A DNA stretch of 64,000 bases from Isurus oxyrinchus (GCA_026770705.1 JANJGN010000009.1:140802001-140866000); one strand, 5' to 3'; shown: positions 24,630-39,259, numbered from the stretch's first letter. A program made the numbers and translations. Notes: generated from the letters alone by a model not told the origin.

Positions 24630-25239
24630 AGGTAAAATTGTAACTGCCACACTGATCTCTTGGTAAAGCTCAAATTATGGGGTAAACAAAGCATTTTGCA
24701 GAATGAAAGTCATTGACCAGCCAAATTTTTGTGAATGGTGGATAATCCAAATCAATGTGCTGCAGGATAGATATATGGCATGTGTTGCTAACTTAGTTTA
24801 TTACAGTCCTGCATATATGGAAGTGATTATTCATACTAACATTTAAATATGAAAATCTTACACAGTGATTTAAAAAAAAGTGCATGCCTTCTGTTGCATT
24901 ATTTTTGTATGCGCCTTAATTAAATAATGATACGTTTATAATATTATATACAACACAATGCTCACTTTTGTATTCTGATGTGACATTATTTGATCAATGT
25001 TTATTATTGCATCCTTTAGCTCAACTGTGGTGAGAACTCTGCCTTTGCTATCTATTATACACATGCAACCATATGCCTTCTCACTACCAGTTAGCTGCTG
25101 CTGCTGTCTATTATGAGAAGGAAATAAGTCAGCGGGTATGGTGCAATGTGTTTGGGTGATGAACCTGATATAGTCAAATACCACGTGCAAGCTTTGAGAT
25201 GAGTGTGCAGCTTGCAGTGTTGCTAGCTGTATGAGAGTG

Positions 25240-25922
25240 AGCTGACGCATATGAACGTGAGATTTGAGTAATGGTTGATATGGATTGTTAGTAGATGAAG
25301 GGGTGTGTGGTAGATGGAGCAGTGTGTGAGGCTAATTGTGCAGTTAGAAGATAGAGCATTTGAAGATTCATTCACTGACCTTGATCACTCGTCATTGAAC
25401 TTCTTGCAAAATTGCATCAGAGTCCTTGGTGGCAGACTAATGGCATTGACCGCCACTGCTGCCGCCTGCTTCACAGTAGTTGTCTGGAGGACTGGGTCCC
25501 TTAGGGAAGAAAACATCTTTCCACCAATCTAGCTTCTGCACCAGTGACTCCAGTGCAGTATTCAAAAACTTGGGGACATATTTTCCGGCTTGTTGCACCA
25601 TTCCTTCTCCTTCCTGAAGGTGTTGCAATCTTGTCCAAGCAGTTTCAACCCCTGCTGCCACCAGAATACACCTCACCTTCAAGAGGTGCGGTTTGCCTTT
25701 AAATAATGCAGGTCAGCTTTAAGTTGTGTTAGATTCACACAAACCTGGGCCCCCTGCTGAGGTGTGCAGCCACTCAGTAGCACTTGCAGTACTGGGCTGC
25801 ATGCCACCATCATGGAAAGGAACAGGCAGCCCCAGGCAGTCTGCTTCTGCCAGATCGGGCGCCGGATAATCGCGCACCATGATCCCTGTGCCCGATTCCG
25901 ATAGTTATTCAATCTTGCCCCC
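25240..25922 (-). mobile_element. Harbinger-derived relic carrying a Myb/SANT exon-1 remnant
   Basis: Minus strand VPKFLNTALESLVQ...PRTLMQFCKKFND followed by a GTCAGT donor-like site. TIR-like end TCAATCTTGCCCCC. Confidence 0.6.
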
Positions 25923-26001
25923 ACTGCTTCCTGATTGCATGATTCAGATGGAAAAAGCTTTGCATACATATTACAAGGGCATGGCAAATATTTGTCACAG
26001 T

Positions 26002-29000
26002 TAGAGTCATAAAGTCCTAGAGGTCCACAGCACTGGAAAAGGCCCTTCGGCTCATCGAGTCTGTACCGGTCAAACAAGTACCTGACTATTCTAATCCCAT
26101 TTTCCAGCACTAGACCCATAGCCTTGTATTCCATGTCATCACAAGTGCACATCCAAATACTTCTTAAATGTTAAAAGGGTTTCTGCCTCTACCACCCTTT
26201 CAGGCAGTGAGTTCCAGATTCCTACCACCCTCTGGTGAAAAAATTCTTCCTCACATCCCTTCTAAACCTCCTGCCCCTTACCTTAAATCTATGCCCCCTG
26301 GTTATTGATCCCTCCACCAAGGGGGAAAGTTCCTTCCTGTCTACCCTATCTATGCCCCTCATAATTTTATGCATTCCAGGGAAAATAACCCCAGTCTATC
26401 CAACCTCTCCTCATAACTAAAACTCTCCAGCCCAGGCAACATCATGGTAAATCTCCTCTGCATTCTTCTGGTGCAATCACATCCTTCCTATAATGCGCAT
26501 TCCAGAACTGCACGCAATACTCTAGCTGTGGCCTAACCAGCGATTTATACAATTCCAGCATAATCTCCCTGCTCTTATATTCTATGCCTTGGCTAATAAA
26601 GGCAAGTATCCCATATGCCTTCTTAACAACCTTTCATCTACCTGTCTCGCTACCTTATGGGACCAGTGGACATGCACACCAAGGTCCCTCTAATCCTCAG
26701 TACTTCCCAGGGTCCTACCATTCATTGTGTATTGCTGTGCCTTGTTTGTCCTGCTCAAGTGCATCACCTCACACTTATCCAGATTAAATTCCATTTGCCA
26801 CTGATCAGTCCATCTGACCAGCCCATCTATATCCTCCTGTAATCTAAGGCTATCCTCCTCACTATTTGCCACCTGAATAAATTTTTATGTCATCCACGAA
26901 CTTACTGATCAACCCTCCTACATTCACGTCTAAATCGTTTATATATACTACAAACAGCAAAGGACCCAACACCGATCCCTGTGGAACCCCACTGGACACA
27001 GGCGTATTAGTCACAAAAACACCCCTCAATCTTCACCCTCTGCTTCCTGCCACTCAGCATATTCTGGATCCAGTTTGCCAAATTGCCTTGGATCCCATGG
27101 GCTCTTATCTTCATTATCAGTCTCCCATGCGGGACCTTATCAAAAGCCTTGCTGAATTCCAAGTAGACTTCGTCATATGCATTGCCCTCATCTACATACC
27201 TGGTCACCTCTTCGAAAAATTCAATTAAATTGGTCAGACATGACCTCCCCTTAACAAAACCATGCTGACTGTCCTTGATTAATCCCTGCCCCTCCAAGAG
27301 TAAATTAATACTGTCCCTCAGAATTGCTTTCAATAGTTTCCCCATCACTGAGGTTAGACTGACTGGCCTGTAGTTCCCTGATTTATCCTTTTTCCAGTCT
27401 TCGGGCACCTCTCCTGTGGCCAGAGATGTATTGAAAATTATTGCCAGCGCCCCTGCTATCTCCTCTCTTGCCTCATTCAACAGCCTGGGATACATTTCAC
27501 CTGGGCCTGGAGATTTATCTACTTTTAAACCTGCCAGACCACTTAGAACCTCCTCCCTTTCTATGCTAATTTCTTTAATTATATCACAGCCCTTCAGCCT
27601 GATTTCCATACCCACATCGTCCCTCTCACTTGTGTCATCCACGAACTTACTAATCAACCCTCCTACATTCATGTCTAAATCGTTTATATATACTACAAAC
27701 AGCAAAGAACCCAACACCGAACCCTGTGGAAACCCACTGGACACAGGCATATTAGTCACAAAAACACCCCTCGATCTTCACCCTCTGCTTCCTGCCACTC
27801 AGAAAATTCTGGATCCAATTTGCCAAATTGCCAACACAAAGTATTCATTTAGAACCCTACCTCTGTCTTCCGGTTCCACACACAAATTACCACTATGGTC
27901 CTTAATGGGTCCTACTCTTTCCCTAGTTATCCTGTTACTCTTAATGTACTTGTAAAATAGCTTTGGATTTTCCTCAATTTTACCTGCCAATGTTTCTTTA
28001 TGCCCCTACACATTCTATACTCCTCTAGGGCTTCTGCTGTTTTGAGCCCTCGGTATCTGCCATAATCTTCCCCTTTTCTCTTTATCCACTCCTGTATATC
28101 CCCTGACATCCAGGGTTCCCTGGATTTGTTGGTCCCATCCTTTGTCTTTACTGGAATATGTTGGCCCTGTACTCTCCCTATTTCCTCCTTGAATGAGTCC
28201 CACTGCTCTGACACAGATTTACCTAAAAGTTGCTGCTCCCAGTCTACTCTGGCCAAATCACATCTGATCTTATTAAAATCGGCCTTTCACCAATTTAGAA
28301 CTCTGATTTCTGGACCATCCTTGTCATTTTCCATAACAACCTTGAATCTAACGGAGTTATGATCACTATCTGCAAAATGTTCCCCCTCTGATACCTCTAG
28401 CACTTGCCCGGCTTCATTCCATAAAATTAAGTCCAGGACTGCTCTCTCTCTTGTAGGACTTTCTATGCACTGGCTTAAAACCCCTCCTGGATGCATTTTA
28501 AGAATTCCGCTCCCTCTAAACCTATCACACTATGACTAACCCAGTTAATGTTGGGGAAGTTGAAATCTCCCACTGTTACTACCCTATTATTTTTACACTC
28601 TCTGAAATTTGCCTACACATCTGCTCTTCTATTTCTCTCTGACTGTTTGGGGGCCTATAGTACACTCCCAGCAATGTGATTGCTCCCTTTTTGTTCTTCA
28701 GTTCAATCTATATGGCTTCATTTGAGGAGCCTTCTAAGATGTCATCCCTCCTTACTGCTGTAATTGATTCCTTGATCAATATTGCGATACCCCCTCCTCT
28801 TTTACCTCCTTCCCTGTCTCACCTCAAGACCATATATCCTGGAATATTCATCTGCCAATCCTGCCCCTCTCTTAACCATGTCTCTGTGACAGCAATGACA
28901 TTATACTTCCAGGTGTTAATTTGTGTCCTCAACTCATCTGCCTTATTCGTCAGACTCCTTACATTAAAAATACCATCCAACATTGCCAAACTCCCTTGTG

Positions 29001-30310
29001 CCTTAACTGGCCTATAATTTCAATGCCTTCCAGACTCATTTGCTCTCTCTTCGAATTTTGGTTGTGCATCTCCCCTACTGAACTTCCTGTCAGGATCCCA
29101 TCCTCCTGCCAAGTTACTTTAAACCCTCCCCAACAGCAAAAGCAAATCTCCCCGTGAGGATGTTGGTCCCATTCCGGCTCAGGTACAACCCTTCCACCTT
29201 GTACAGGTCCCAACGCCCCCAGAAATGGTCCCAATGCCCCAGAAACCTAAAGCCCTCCCTCCTGTACCATCTCTCCAGCCACACATTCATCTGGACTAAC
29301 CTCCTATTTCTATACTTACTAGCACATGGCACCGGAAGTAATCCAGAGATTACTACCTTTGAGGTCCTGTTTTTTAATCTGCTTCCTAGCTCCCTAAATT
29401 TTGCTTGCAGGACTTCATCCCTCTTTCTCCCTATGTCGTTGGTCCCAATATGTACCACGATCTCTGTCTATATACCATCCCCCTTTAGAATGCCGTTCAG
29501 TGACATCCTTGACCCTGGCACCAGGGAGGCAATATACCATCCTGGAACCATGTCTACAACCGCAGAAGTGCCTGTCTGTTTCCTTTACTATTGAGTCTCC
29601 TACCAGTATTGCTCTTCCCTTCTTTTTCCTTCCCCCCTGTGCAGCTGAACCACTCACAGCGCCATGACCGTGGCTGCATTCCCCAGAGGAACCGTCGCTC
29701 TCACCGTTTTCCAACACAGAAAAATGGTTCTCGTGCAAGATGCACCCTAGGGATTTCCTGACTACCTGCCTGACATCTTTCTTCTGACTGATGGTCACCC
29801 ATTCCCTCTCTGTCTGCACTTCCGTAAGCTGTGAGGTGACCACGTCTAAAAACGTGGTATCCACGAAGCTCTCAGCCTCACAGATGCACCTCAGTGCCTC
29901 CAGCTGTTACTGCACCTCCAAAACTCGGAGCTCAAGTAGCTGCAGCTGGTGGCACTTCCTGCATATACGGTCGGTCAGAGCACAAGGAGCATCTAGGACT
30001 TCCCTAATGTTGCAGGCAGTACATAACACAGGACTGAGCTGCCCTGCCATGCTTCTAGTTGCAAAAAAACAAACATTTACTTTAAGTTAAATACTGTAAA
30101 AAAACGTTAAACTATTTATGTAATTTAAATAAAAACTAGAACTCTTACCTTTCCTTAGCTTAATCTATTTTAAACTGGAGAAAAACACTCACCCACTACT
30201 CACCAATCAGCTCTCAGCTATGTGCTGACGTCACTTTTTGAAGCTTCCCCCCACTCACACTGGTTCTGATCTCTCCACCGGTCTCTCGCACTGCCTTGTG
30301 ATGTCATTTT
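26002..30310 (-). mobile_element. Near full-length decayed CR1 LINE
   Basis: ORF1 (ATG near 30050; Cys/His N-terminus and SGNH esterase), APE endonuclease remnants (PTRERAVLDLI, SDHNSVRF), RT (NYRPVSLTS, SQHGFVKGRSCLTNL, FSKAFDKVPH, PQGSVLG), 3' tail. Confidence 0.93.
29114..30050 (-). pseudogene. CR1 ORF1 with SGNH/GDSL esterase-like domain
   Basis: ILVGDSIV, CLPGARVKDV, VHIGTNDI, VVISGLLPVP, GLYLSRNG blocks; frameshifted. Confidence 0.85.
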
Positions 30311-31596
30311 TGTTATTTTCAACAAGAATTGACTGCAGGACACTCTTCCCAGACTGCTTCACCGTGATGCTGCTGAGCGCAGGACACTCTTCCCAGTACT
30401 CTTCCCAGTTCCAAAAGAGCATATAGTGATTAAAGTGCACATCAATTTTTAATTGATTCAGAATCACACTAATTCTGGAGTGCAATATGACAAAAGAATT
30501 ATTCCTTCAGAATTCAAAATCCTTGGAGAAAATGCTCATTGTACAATATAATAATAGAGCTGGGGAATGCTCTTTTGGCTTGAGATCCATATCACTAGCA
30601 CACTGATAAGCTCAAGTTTGAAATCTCAACAGTAAAGCACAATTGATCAACACCATTTTGCTCTCCCCTAATATCAATCCATTTTAATGCCCTTGTCATT
30701 TTGGAGCCCTTGACATCTTGTGAATCTTGCCTTTTGGAGAAATCCAAGTGGTCTGTGAGCAGCACTGCCTTTATACCATTGTCAGCAGCCATTGTTCCAC
30801 CTGCTCACCATCTAAGTTGACATTTGTTGACAAGGTAATGGGTGAATAAGACAAATCAGGAAAGGATTAACTATGTGCTTTTCTTAGTTTTGGGTTGAAG
30901 ATTCATTATAAATATTCAATGGCTGGTTAGTAGTGAATAAGGCCAAATAGGGCAATGCTCATCAAAATGCATTTGTTAACATTGGATTGCCTGACTAAAG
31001 GCTGACTTTCAAGACTTAACAACTAGGTAAATAGGTGAATATGACAAAATGAGGAATATGCTCATCAGAATGCGTTTCTTCACTTTTTCTTGCCTTATTA
31101 AACATTCCTTATTAGCTCATAGATTGCACAAATTATGAGATTTTTCATGAATATATTCCAATATTCAAACCAAGCTTTGACATTTAATGGCTGAAATTAA
31201 AAATTTCAGGAGAGAAATTTTACTTCATTGCTTTCCTCAATGAGACCCAATTTTGGTGACCAAGGTCTTAAACCACCAGGGCACCTGAAAATTATCTGAC
31301 CTTAGCTGTCCTAAAATTGGGTTGCATGTTTTTAAGGCATCCATAGCAATGACCTAAACCTGTTTTAGGACTGAGTAAGAAACCGTTAGTCAGACTAGCA
31401 GACCAAGCACTGGGCCTGATCTACTCAGCTTCACTATAGGTGTAGACCTAGAATTGTTATATAACCGAAGGGAATTGATGTTTTAAAACTCGTGGAGACA
31501 GGAGGTGTAGGAGTGCTTCTCCTGGTCCGTGGCACTCTTGCCAGATGTGATCAGTCCTTCCTCTGCGTCCCAGCACTCACCATAGCTACTGACAGG

Positions 31597-31674
31597 AACA
31601 AAAATAGCTAGAAAAACTCAGCAGGTCTGACAGCATCTCCGGAGAGGAATATAGTTAACGTTTCGAGTCCGTAT
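31597..31674 (-). mobile_element. Short solo PLE terminus with half of the hammerhead motif
   Basis: AAAAACTCAGCAGGTCTGACAGCATC...GTTAACGTTTCGAGTCCGTAT, flanked by ACAGGA repeats. Confidence 0.7.
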
Positions 31675-34600
31675 CTACAGGATTGGCTGCCTGGAATTCA
31701 TTCATAGGCATCAGTAACCTGTGGAGATGCAACAGGCACTGTTGGCCCACCTAAAGTAACCTGTCTGCTCAATCATGGTCCAGCCTTTGGCCTCTGTTTG
31801 GCTCACGTAATGACTGCATTGCTGTTTTTGTGCATGCAGCTGGGTCCTGACGAATTTTGACCCCTTTGACTTTAAATATCTTTCTGTGTGGATGCTACAG
31901 GTAAAAAAAATCAAAAACACCTTTGCAAAAGAACATTTTAAGCATACAAATATTGTTGCACTGACTCTTAAGGTAAACTTTACCTGAAAATTATACCTGT
32001 AGGTTACGAGCATAAAGACTGTACCCGCAAAAAATTGTTTATTTGTACACAGGCTCACTCGCATTCAGCTATTCTCTGATGTGCACTAACTTGGTCACCT
32101 AGCAACATGTAACAGTTACAGCCTCAGGCATTATTATTCTCACAGAACCCAACCCATTTAGACTTTGCATTAATGTACATTTTGGAGTTCAAACTAAAAC
32201 CCCTCTTCCTATCCGATTGTTCTGTCTGCTGCTTCATCTTCTAGGATTTAACCCTGATGCAACTGCTGTTACAATTCAGGGTTTTCTATCTTTAAGCAAA
32301 AACTACACCAAAACATTATATGCACATGTTATGATAAGACAAGGAAGGGTTGAATGTCTCCCCTCATTTCCCACTCCTTATTCGACTGCAACAGGATTTT
32401 GTTAAAATGGATCAGTTGACAATTCAACTGTTTATGCTCTGTGGCCATAAGAGACAGGATCAGCATATTTTCTTGAGGTTATCTTTAAAAAAGGACAGTT
32501 TTTATTGTACTTAACCTGGTCTAAGTAAAATAATAAAAGCTGACTTGCACACACACTCACTTTCTAAGTTCACACACAAATAGATTAGAATGGGGAGGAT
32601 AGATTAAGTCATTTAGAATTGTATAAAATCAAAGGGGTTTATAGCTCCTGAAGATTAATAATTTGGCTAGCTTTAGGCTGAAATGGTGGTCTTGCTGCTT
32701 TCAGTGTCAAGGTGGATTAAAAATGTGGACAATTTATCGGTTCTTCGGGAGACAGCAGTACTGGGTTGAATTCTTTTTAAAAGCTAGTTGCAGCCTATGG
32801 ATGGTTAAACTCAGCAGACAAGGTTCAAAACAGGAGAGGGATTTTGCCCAGCTCAGTAGCGGAAGCAGGTGCTTAAAACACAAAGGGATGGCTTATCACA
32901 TGTCCATCTCTCGCCAACAGTGCAGTGACCCAATATGGTCATGGCTAGTATATTCAAGTTATCTTGATTAGATCATGGCTGGTCCCCTCTCTTAGCCAGG
33001 GCTTCATTGTCCAAGTAATTATGTCTAATTATTTGTTTCCACCCAATTGAGTATCCAGACTGTCTGGATGCTTTGTTAATTGAATAAATGTATGCCGTTC
33101 ATCTATTTCAAGGCAATTGTTCCTGGTGCAGCTTTTCAGACAGGCTGTCTCCATTTCAATGGTTTTGGAGTATAGGTGGCACAACGTAATAAATGAGCAG
33201 CCAATTTTGACTGTGATCCCGAGTCACTGGAATGTTGTTTTAGTCTTTTTTTTAAAATCAGTTTGCGGTTTTGAGCCAATAAATTCAAAGAATTATCTTT
33301 GATATAAAGTGCATATAAATGGCTTCACAAAAGTGCACACAAACACAAATGTTTATATTCATGTAAAACTGTGCCCCCAGGAACTTGCACAGCTTGAACA
33401 GCTTCACTCAGTCAAGCCATTGGGAATATACAGGAGAACTGGGAAAGCTCCATTCAGCCTGCTGTCCCATATCCTGTGCAATAATCAGGACAATTGTGTT
33501 CCTTCCGCCTCCTCCTTTTACCCGCTTTCTTTCTACTTTAACTGGGATAGCTGCACTCAGCTCTTTACCCAAATGCACCATTTTGTAGCCAGGACAGCTC
33601 TGATCACCCAAATGAAGGGAGACTGGGGCAGGATGGCCAATTATTTAATGCTTAGCATGCCTGGGGAATCTACTTTGTTCCCTCCCTTCTCTTATTTCAT
33701 TGGCTGCTTGCTGGGGTACTTGCTGACTGTCAGTTGACTGCAATAGTGGCCAACTGGACATAACATCAACTGTAGCATCACAGGTGAGTTCTCAGCCTAT
33801 AACCATACACATGCACTTCCAGCAAGGGTCAGTGATCAGAAACAGAAACTCTGGGTCCTTGCACAAGGGCCAGTTGAGGCATTGTTACTACTGCCCAGCT
33901 GAAATCTGCTAACTCAGTATAAGCTGGGAATTGGACCAGAGATTTTTCTAATGTGCTTCACACCTCCTCACTGGATGAAATATTGGGCTCTGAACCATTG
34001 GGCAGGCATGCAGCGTCCCATTTAAAGATAAACCTAACCAGGTATTTTGTTGGAATTAAGGTGCAGGGAAATGAATGATCCAAATGATGATGATGACACT
34101 CAGTAAATTTGACCTAGATATCTATTCTGCAAGTAATAGACTGGCAACTGTAATGATTCCTTCTGACATTCTTAGGTGTCAGAAATGCTGCTCAATGTAA
34201 AGGTGAAATAAAGTATAGGCCATAGCTTTTGTGGAGTGGCAATCATGGTCAGATTGTCATTCCGCTTCTATTTACTTATACTAAAATGCAGCCACACCTT
34301 TCTCGCCCGAATTCCTGACTTGGGCTGATTGAGAAAGGTGCAGTGCAGCGGGGTTCCCAAGGCCTTCTGCCGAGTGCAGATGAGTGAGGAGAAACAAGGA
34401 CAACTACCCCATCCCCCAGTGCCCCTCCCCCCACCCCCGCCATTTTTATGGCACTAGCTGCTGTAAAGCAGGGAGGTTTAAAGGTCCAGCCATTTTGAGA
34501 AGCTGGGGAGAAGGTATGTGTGTAAGGTAAGTGAGCAGAATTGGGGGTGGGTCTTCAATCAGTGGGGCAGGGGGGGTGTTGGTTGGTCAGTTGTGGGGCA

Positions 34601-34689
34601 GGTCGGGTGATCAGTAAGGGGTGGTGTTGATGATGGGATGGTCTGTGAGGGTAGTCAGGGCGGTGGGGGTGTAGTCCGAGAGGGTGTGA

Positions 34690-35330
34690 GTGAGGAGGTG
34701 AGTTACTCCCACAAATTTCCCAGCCTCCGACATGCTCTTGCAGACAGAATTGTATGGGAGGTCCAGTTCAACTCCTGCTCAATGGTAACTCCTAGGTTGT
34801 TGATGGTGGGAATCTCAGTGATGGTAATGTCATTGAGTGTCAGGGGAGATGGTTAGATTTTTGTTGGAGATGATCATTGTCCACCACGTTTGTGGTGCAA
34901 ATGTTACTCGCCACTTGTCAGCCCAAGTCTGAATGTTATCCAGTTCTTGCTGCATTTGGACCTGGAGTTCTTGGTATCTGAGAAGTCACAAATGGTACTA
35001 ACCACTATGCAATCATTGGCAAATGTTCTACTTCTGACATTATAATGGAAGGAAAGCCATTGAAGCAGCTGAAGATGATTGGGCTAGGACACTACACTGA
35101 GGAAATCCTGCAGTGATGTTTTGGGGCTGCAGTGATTAGATTCTGACAACCAAAACCATCTTCCTTTGTGCTGGAGTGGACTGATAATTATGTGGTAATT
35201 TGCTAGATTGGATTTGCCCTCCTTTTTGTGGATAGGAAACACTTGAGAAATTTTCCACATTGTCAGGTAGGTGCAATGTTGTAGCTGAACTGAAACAACT
35301 TGGGTATGGTAGGGCTTGGACATTGAGCTG
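34690..35330 (-). mobile_element. Decayed fragment of the second CR1-group LINE family
   Basis: Colinear with 43590-44530, with internal deletions (e.g. GTCCAGTTCAA, GCAGCTGAAGATG, WKISQVFPIHKK). Confidence 0.75.
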
Positions 35331-35559
35331 CAGAGGGACCGTGGCACAGCATCTACATAAAGTAATTGGCCAGGAGGGGACAGTGAAAATCATTCTGTTT
35401 TCAGTCTCCCAGATTTTCCACTTGATTACCTTTGGGCAGACACTTCAGAGTTTTCACTTTTTTGGCTGTTGACCTGTGGTTATTCACCTTTTGTCAGGAG
35501 AATAACTTGCCTGTTCTTCCTTGAATATCATCATTGCCAATTCAAGTGTACTTAAAAGG

Positions 35560-35710
35560 TTCAGTCAGAATCTTAATGTAACAATTCATCCAAAAGATAG
35601 TATTTCTAACAATGTAACACTCCTTTATTAATTGTCAGCCTTGATTTTGTGTGTTCAAGTCTCTGGAGGGCAGCTTGAACCCAAGACCTCTGACTCAAGC
35701 GAGATTGGCA
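35560..35710 (-). mobile_element. Decayed SINE head
   Basis: Inverted counterpart of 6090-6265 (GTCAGCC, CTTGAACCCA, CTCTGACTC). Confidence 0.4.
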
Positions 35711-37659
35711 TCAAGGCTGGATACTATGTACAAAGTCTGTATTAATAACTGTTGAAATGTGTAAGCATTTTGTTTACTTCCCTTAATTTTCTTTGTGTGG
35801 TGATTGCTGGGTGCATTCTCCCATGATCATGCACTGGTGTACTTTTATGAGTCAACGAAAGTCTCAAATATTTAATATTTGGTATAATTTTTCAGAGTCT
35901 GAAGACTGGAATTTCATTAAAATGATGCATTAACATGATATTGGTAGCTACGTTGTTAAAAACATGACTACAAATTATGTCATAGAAGGTAATGCCACAT
36001 GTGTGAAGTCAAGTTGAATCATTCCACTGTGTATTGAAAATATCAACAAAGATCAAATAATTTCCAAGTCCATGGAGCGACATTTTTATTGTTAATATTA
36101 ATGTTATAAATAGTTTCTGATGCGTATTCTATCAATTACAATTGATTAGCCTCTTGAGCATCTACAATCCCTTTCCAATTCTACCATTTAATGAACACTT
36201 GGAGACCTGTGACAGCTCCACATCTTATCTCACTTGCAGTAAGACAATTTGTTTGTCATTTGGCAGCTTCCAAAGATACTTCAGCCTTAATCTTGAACAA
36301 ACTTGCATGCGGAAAATCATATCCTACTATTCTCTATCACAGTGCATTCATTTACCAAGCATTACACGACTGGATCACCTCAAAAGATGGTCTTTAATGT
36401 AAACATTCTGTTCCAGCCTCAGTTGACTATGTAAAGAACAGAACTGGGTCCATGGGTAATTTTTTTTGCAGCTGTCAAACTTCATTATCCACAAATATAG
36501 CATTTTCTTAATGAAATAGGTGTTCGCAAAATTATACCCTCTTACATATGTGTGAGATATTCAGCTTTGAACTTTGTTTCTACCACACCTCAAACAATTT
36601 TCTGAATTAGATTAATGCTAATCTGATTAACTGGCTATTATTGAGCAAAAGTGATTGCTAGTTGTACAACTGAAGTTTGTGGATGAGACTTTGCACAGAT
36701 TCAGACACCCGCATCTACCACTCAGGAATTCTACTATGACAGCACCCTCTCATTATCATTTTCCAGTTAAATGTAAGGATTATAAGAACAAAATGAGGGC
36801 TGAGCCTAATTGTTTGTACACCCTGGTCCATCTCCCCAGGCATGCAGAGCTCTCCAAATATTAATTAGCAGAGGGCAAGAACATTCAATTGTCACAACTA
36901 TCTAAGGAGTTGCTAAATGTGCTGAGCTTAAAATGAGAGAGGAATCCTGTTCCCCTCCTGCTCCATGAAATTAACTTAGTTCTTCTATAAACATGAACTT
37001 TCTCACTTACATGTCTGTCAGGAATGCACAACTAACCCTGTTAATAAATCCTGTAGAAGGAAGATAATTAAAACAAAACAGAAAAAACATATCTACCCCA
37101 TATTCTTATTCCTTCTATTATCCCCTTGTCTAACAGTACCAGTACTGTATAGATGCAGTGATCAGGCATGATTCTCTGTAACGGATACATTACCCACTCC
37201 AAAGAAGTACCAAATCTGTTTGTTTCTGGTATCTGAATACACACTTGTTACAAAACTCAGATTTTCAGCAGATTGACATTTTGTCCTTCTAAATTTCCTC
37301 TAAACTTGTTGCTGTCTATTTTTTTAATTTCACAATGTGGACAACTGCACTTGCTGCCTATTCCAAGTATTGATCGGACAACTGAATGGCTTGCAAGGCC
37401 AAGTCAGAGCACATTAAGGCTTATTAAGGCACCTGGCCTTCTGGAAACTGGAATTTTCCAGTTAGCCAGTAGGCTCCTCAGTGCAGCTGAAAAATGACCT
37501 GAAATTGAACTGGACTAGCTATTAATCACATTTTGGCTTAATGTTTATAAGTTTCCTTTAAGTTTTGTCTTTTGTTTGTGCAGTTTCCCTTTAAGGGGCT
37601 GCCTTTTACTCTGTCCCTGATTTTGTTAATTTAGTTTATTTGATTTGTAGCAAAAGAGT

Positions 37660-37980
37660 TACAAGAGCAGGTCAGAGGCTTGGAATCCTGTGATGGGTAA
37701 CTCACCTCCTGACTCCCCAAAGCCTGTCCACCATCTCCAAGGCACAAGTCAAGAGTGTGATGGAATACCGTCCACTTGCCTGGAGTGTAGCTCCAACAAT
37801 ACTCAAGAAGCTTGACACCATTCAGGACAAAGTAGACCACCGACAAACAGTGGCAGCAGTGTGTGCCATCTACAATGTGCTCTGCAGGAATTCACCAAGC
37901 CTCCTTAGATGGCACCTTCCAAACCCATGACTTCTACCATCTAAAAGGACAAGGGCAGCAGACAGATGGGGACATCGCAG
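37660..37980 (+). mobile_element. LINE 3' fragment (second CR1-group family)
   Basis: Reverse complement of 43300-43650 (GAGCAGGTCAGAGGCTTGGAATC...AAGAAGCTTGACACCA). Confidence 0.8.
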
Positions 37981-38309
37981 GAATAATTTTTTTTTAAATT
38001 AAGAATCAGCACCATGGAATCATATGAAGGCCAGGCCAGGTAGTGGTACAAGGTCTTTGACAAACTGGCAGCTTTCATGACCCTTTTCTGGCCCACAAGT
38101 TACCAGATTTATTGATTTTAATTTCATAACTTGCCGCAGTGGGTTTGAACTCTTGGGGCAGGATTTTCAAGGCCTCATGCTGTGGGACTGGAGGTGGTTG
38201 CCTGGAATTTCCCAGTGCCTACCAGCACGCTGTTTGCTGGCACCCTCCTGCCTGAGCCACTTTTGAGAAGGCCATGCTGGGGATGGAACAGCTAGCAGTA
38301 GGTAGCCAC

Positions 38310-38592
38310 TTTTTAAAAATTAATTTATGGGGTGTGGGCATCGCTGGCTAGGCAAGCATTTATTACCCATCCCTAGGTGCCCTTCAGAAGGTGGTGGTGA
38401 GCTGCTTTCTTGAACTGCTGCAGTCCATGTGGTGTAGGTACACCCACAGCGCTGTTAGGGAGGGAGTTCCAGGATTTTGACCCAGCAATAGTGAAGGAAC
38501 GGTGGTATATTTTCAAGTCAGGGTGATGAATGTCTTGGAGGAGTACTTCCAGGTGATGGTATTCCCAGGTGTCTGCTGCCCTTGTCCTTCCA
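38310..38592 (-). mobile_element. LINE 3' tail (second CR1-group family)
   Basis: Matches 43055-43335 and 62755-63025. Confidence 0.8.
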
Positions 38593-39259
38593 CTTGATGA
38601 AATTAAGAGGCTTATTAAGCTGATGTGTCATCACTGTAAGGACTCCCATTGGTCCTCCAGGCTCAGGAACCAGTCTTCTATCCTGAATTGGATGGCAGGC
38701 CCAACCTCTGGTTGTTCATTGGCCAGTCCTCCAAAAATTGTCAGTGGGTGACTATTACCAACACAGTCTAGGATCAGAAGCAACATCTGGTCCTGATGCC
38801 AAATAAAAAATCCAACCTTTGATTCCTTGTCCATTACTGTACGCGGGATAAATAAAAAGTTTCAGTCTTTTAAGAATATAATGGGAAGCCAATATGAAAA
38901 GTTGGATGTGTCTTAAGGTGAGTGGGAGGTAAGCAAGTTTATATTCTAGATAATATCTTAATAGATATCATTTATCCAGCTGCATAAACTGTCCGTGAGT
39001 GACCAACATAAAGCTTTTAGTGAAGGCTATTATTGGCCTTTGTCAGTAATACTACATTTTAATGCATACCATTTTTTCAAGATATTTGGACTATCCAAAG
39101 TATTACTACTGTTTAAGAGAACCCTAACTTTCCTATAAGAAGTAGTACGAAAGAGTTTTCAGGTAATAGTGGCGGGTGGATACTTGAGTAGCAAAATCTA
39201 AAATACTCTGTTAGGATAATCAGAATATATTCTCAAGAGCATATGAAGGTGATTTATCA

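Noticed and set aside
32430-33190. Possible minus-strand solo LTR
   Set aside because: Composition is suggestive, but termini and TSD could not be defined.
34540-34690. G-rich tract with quadruplex potential
   Set aside because: Low-complexity part of a decayed repeat next to a LINE fragment; nothing indicates function.
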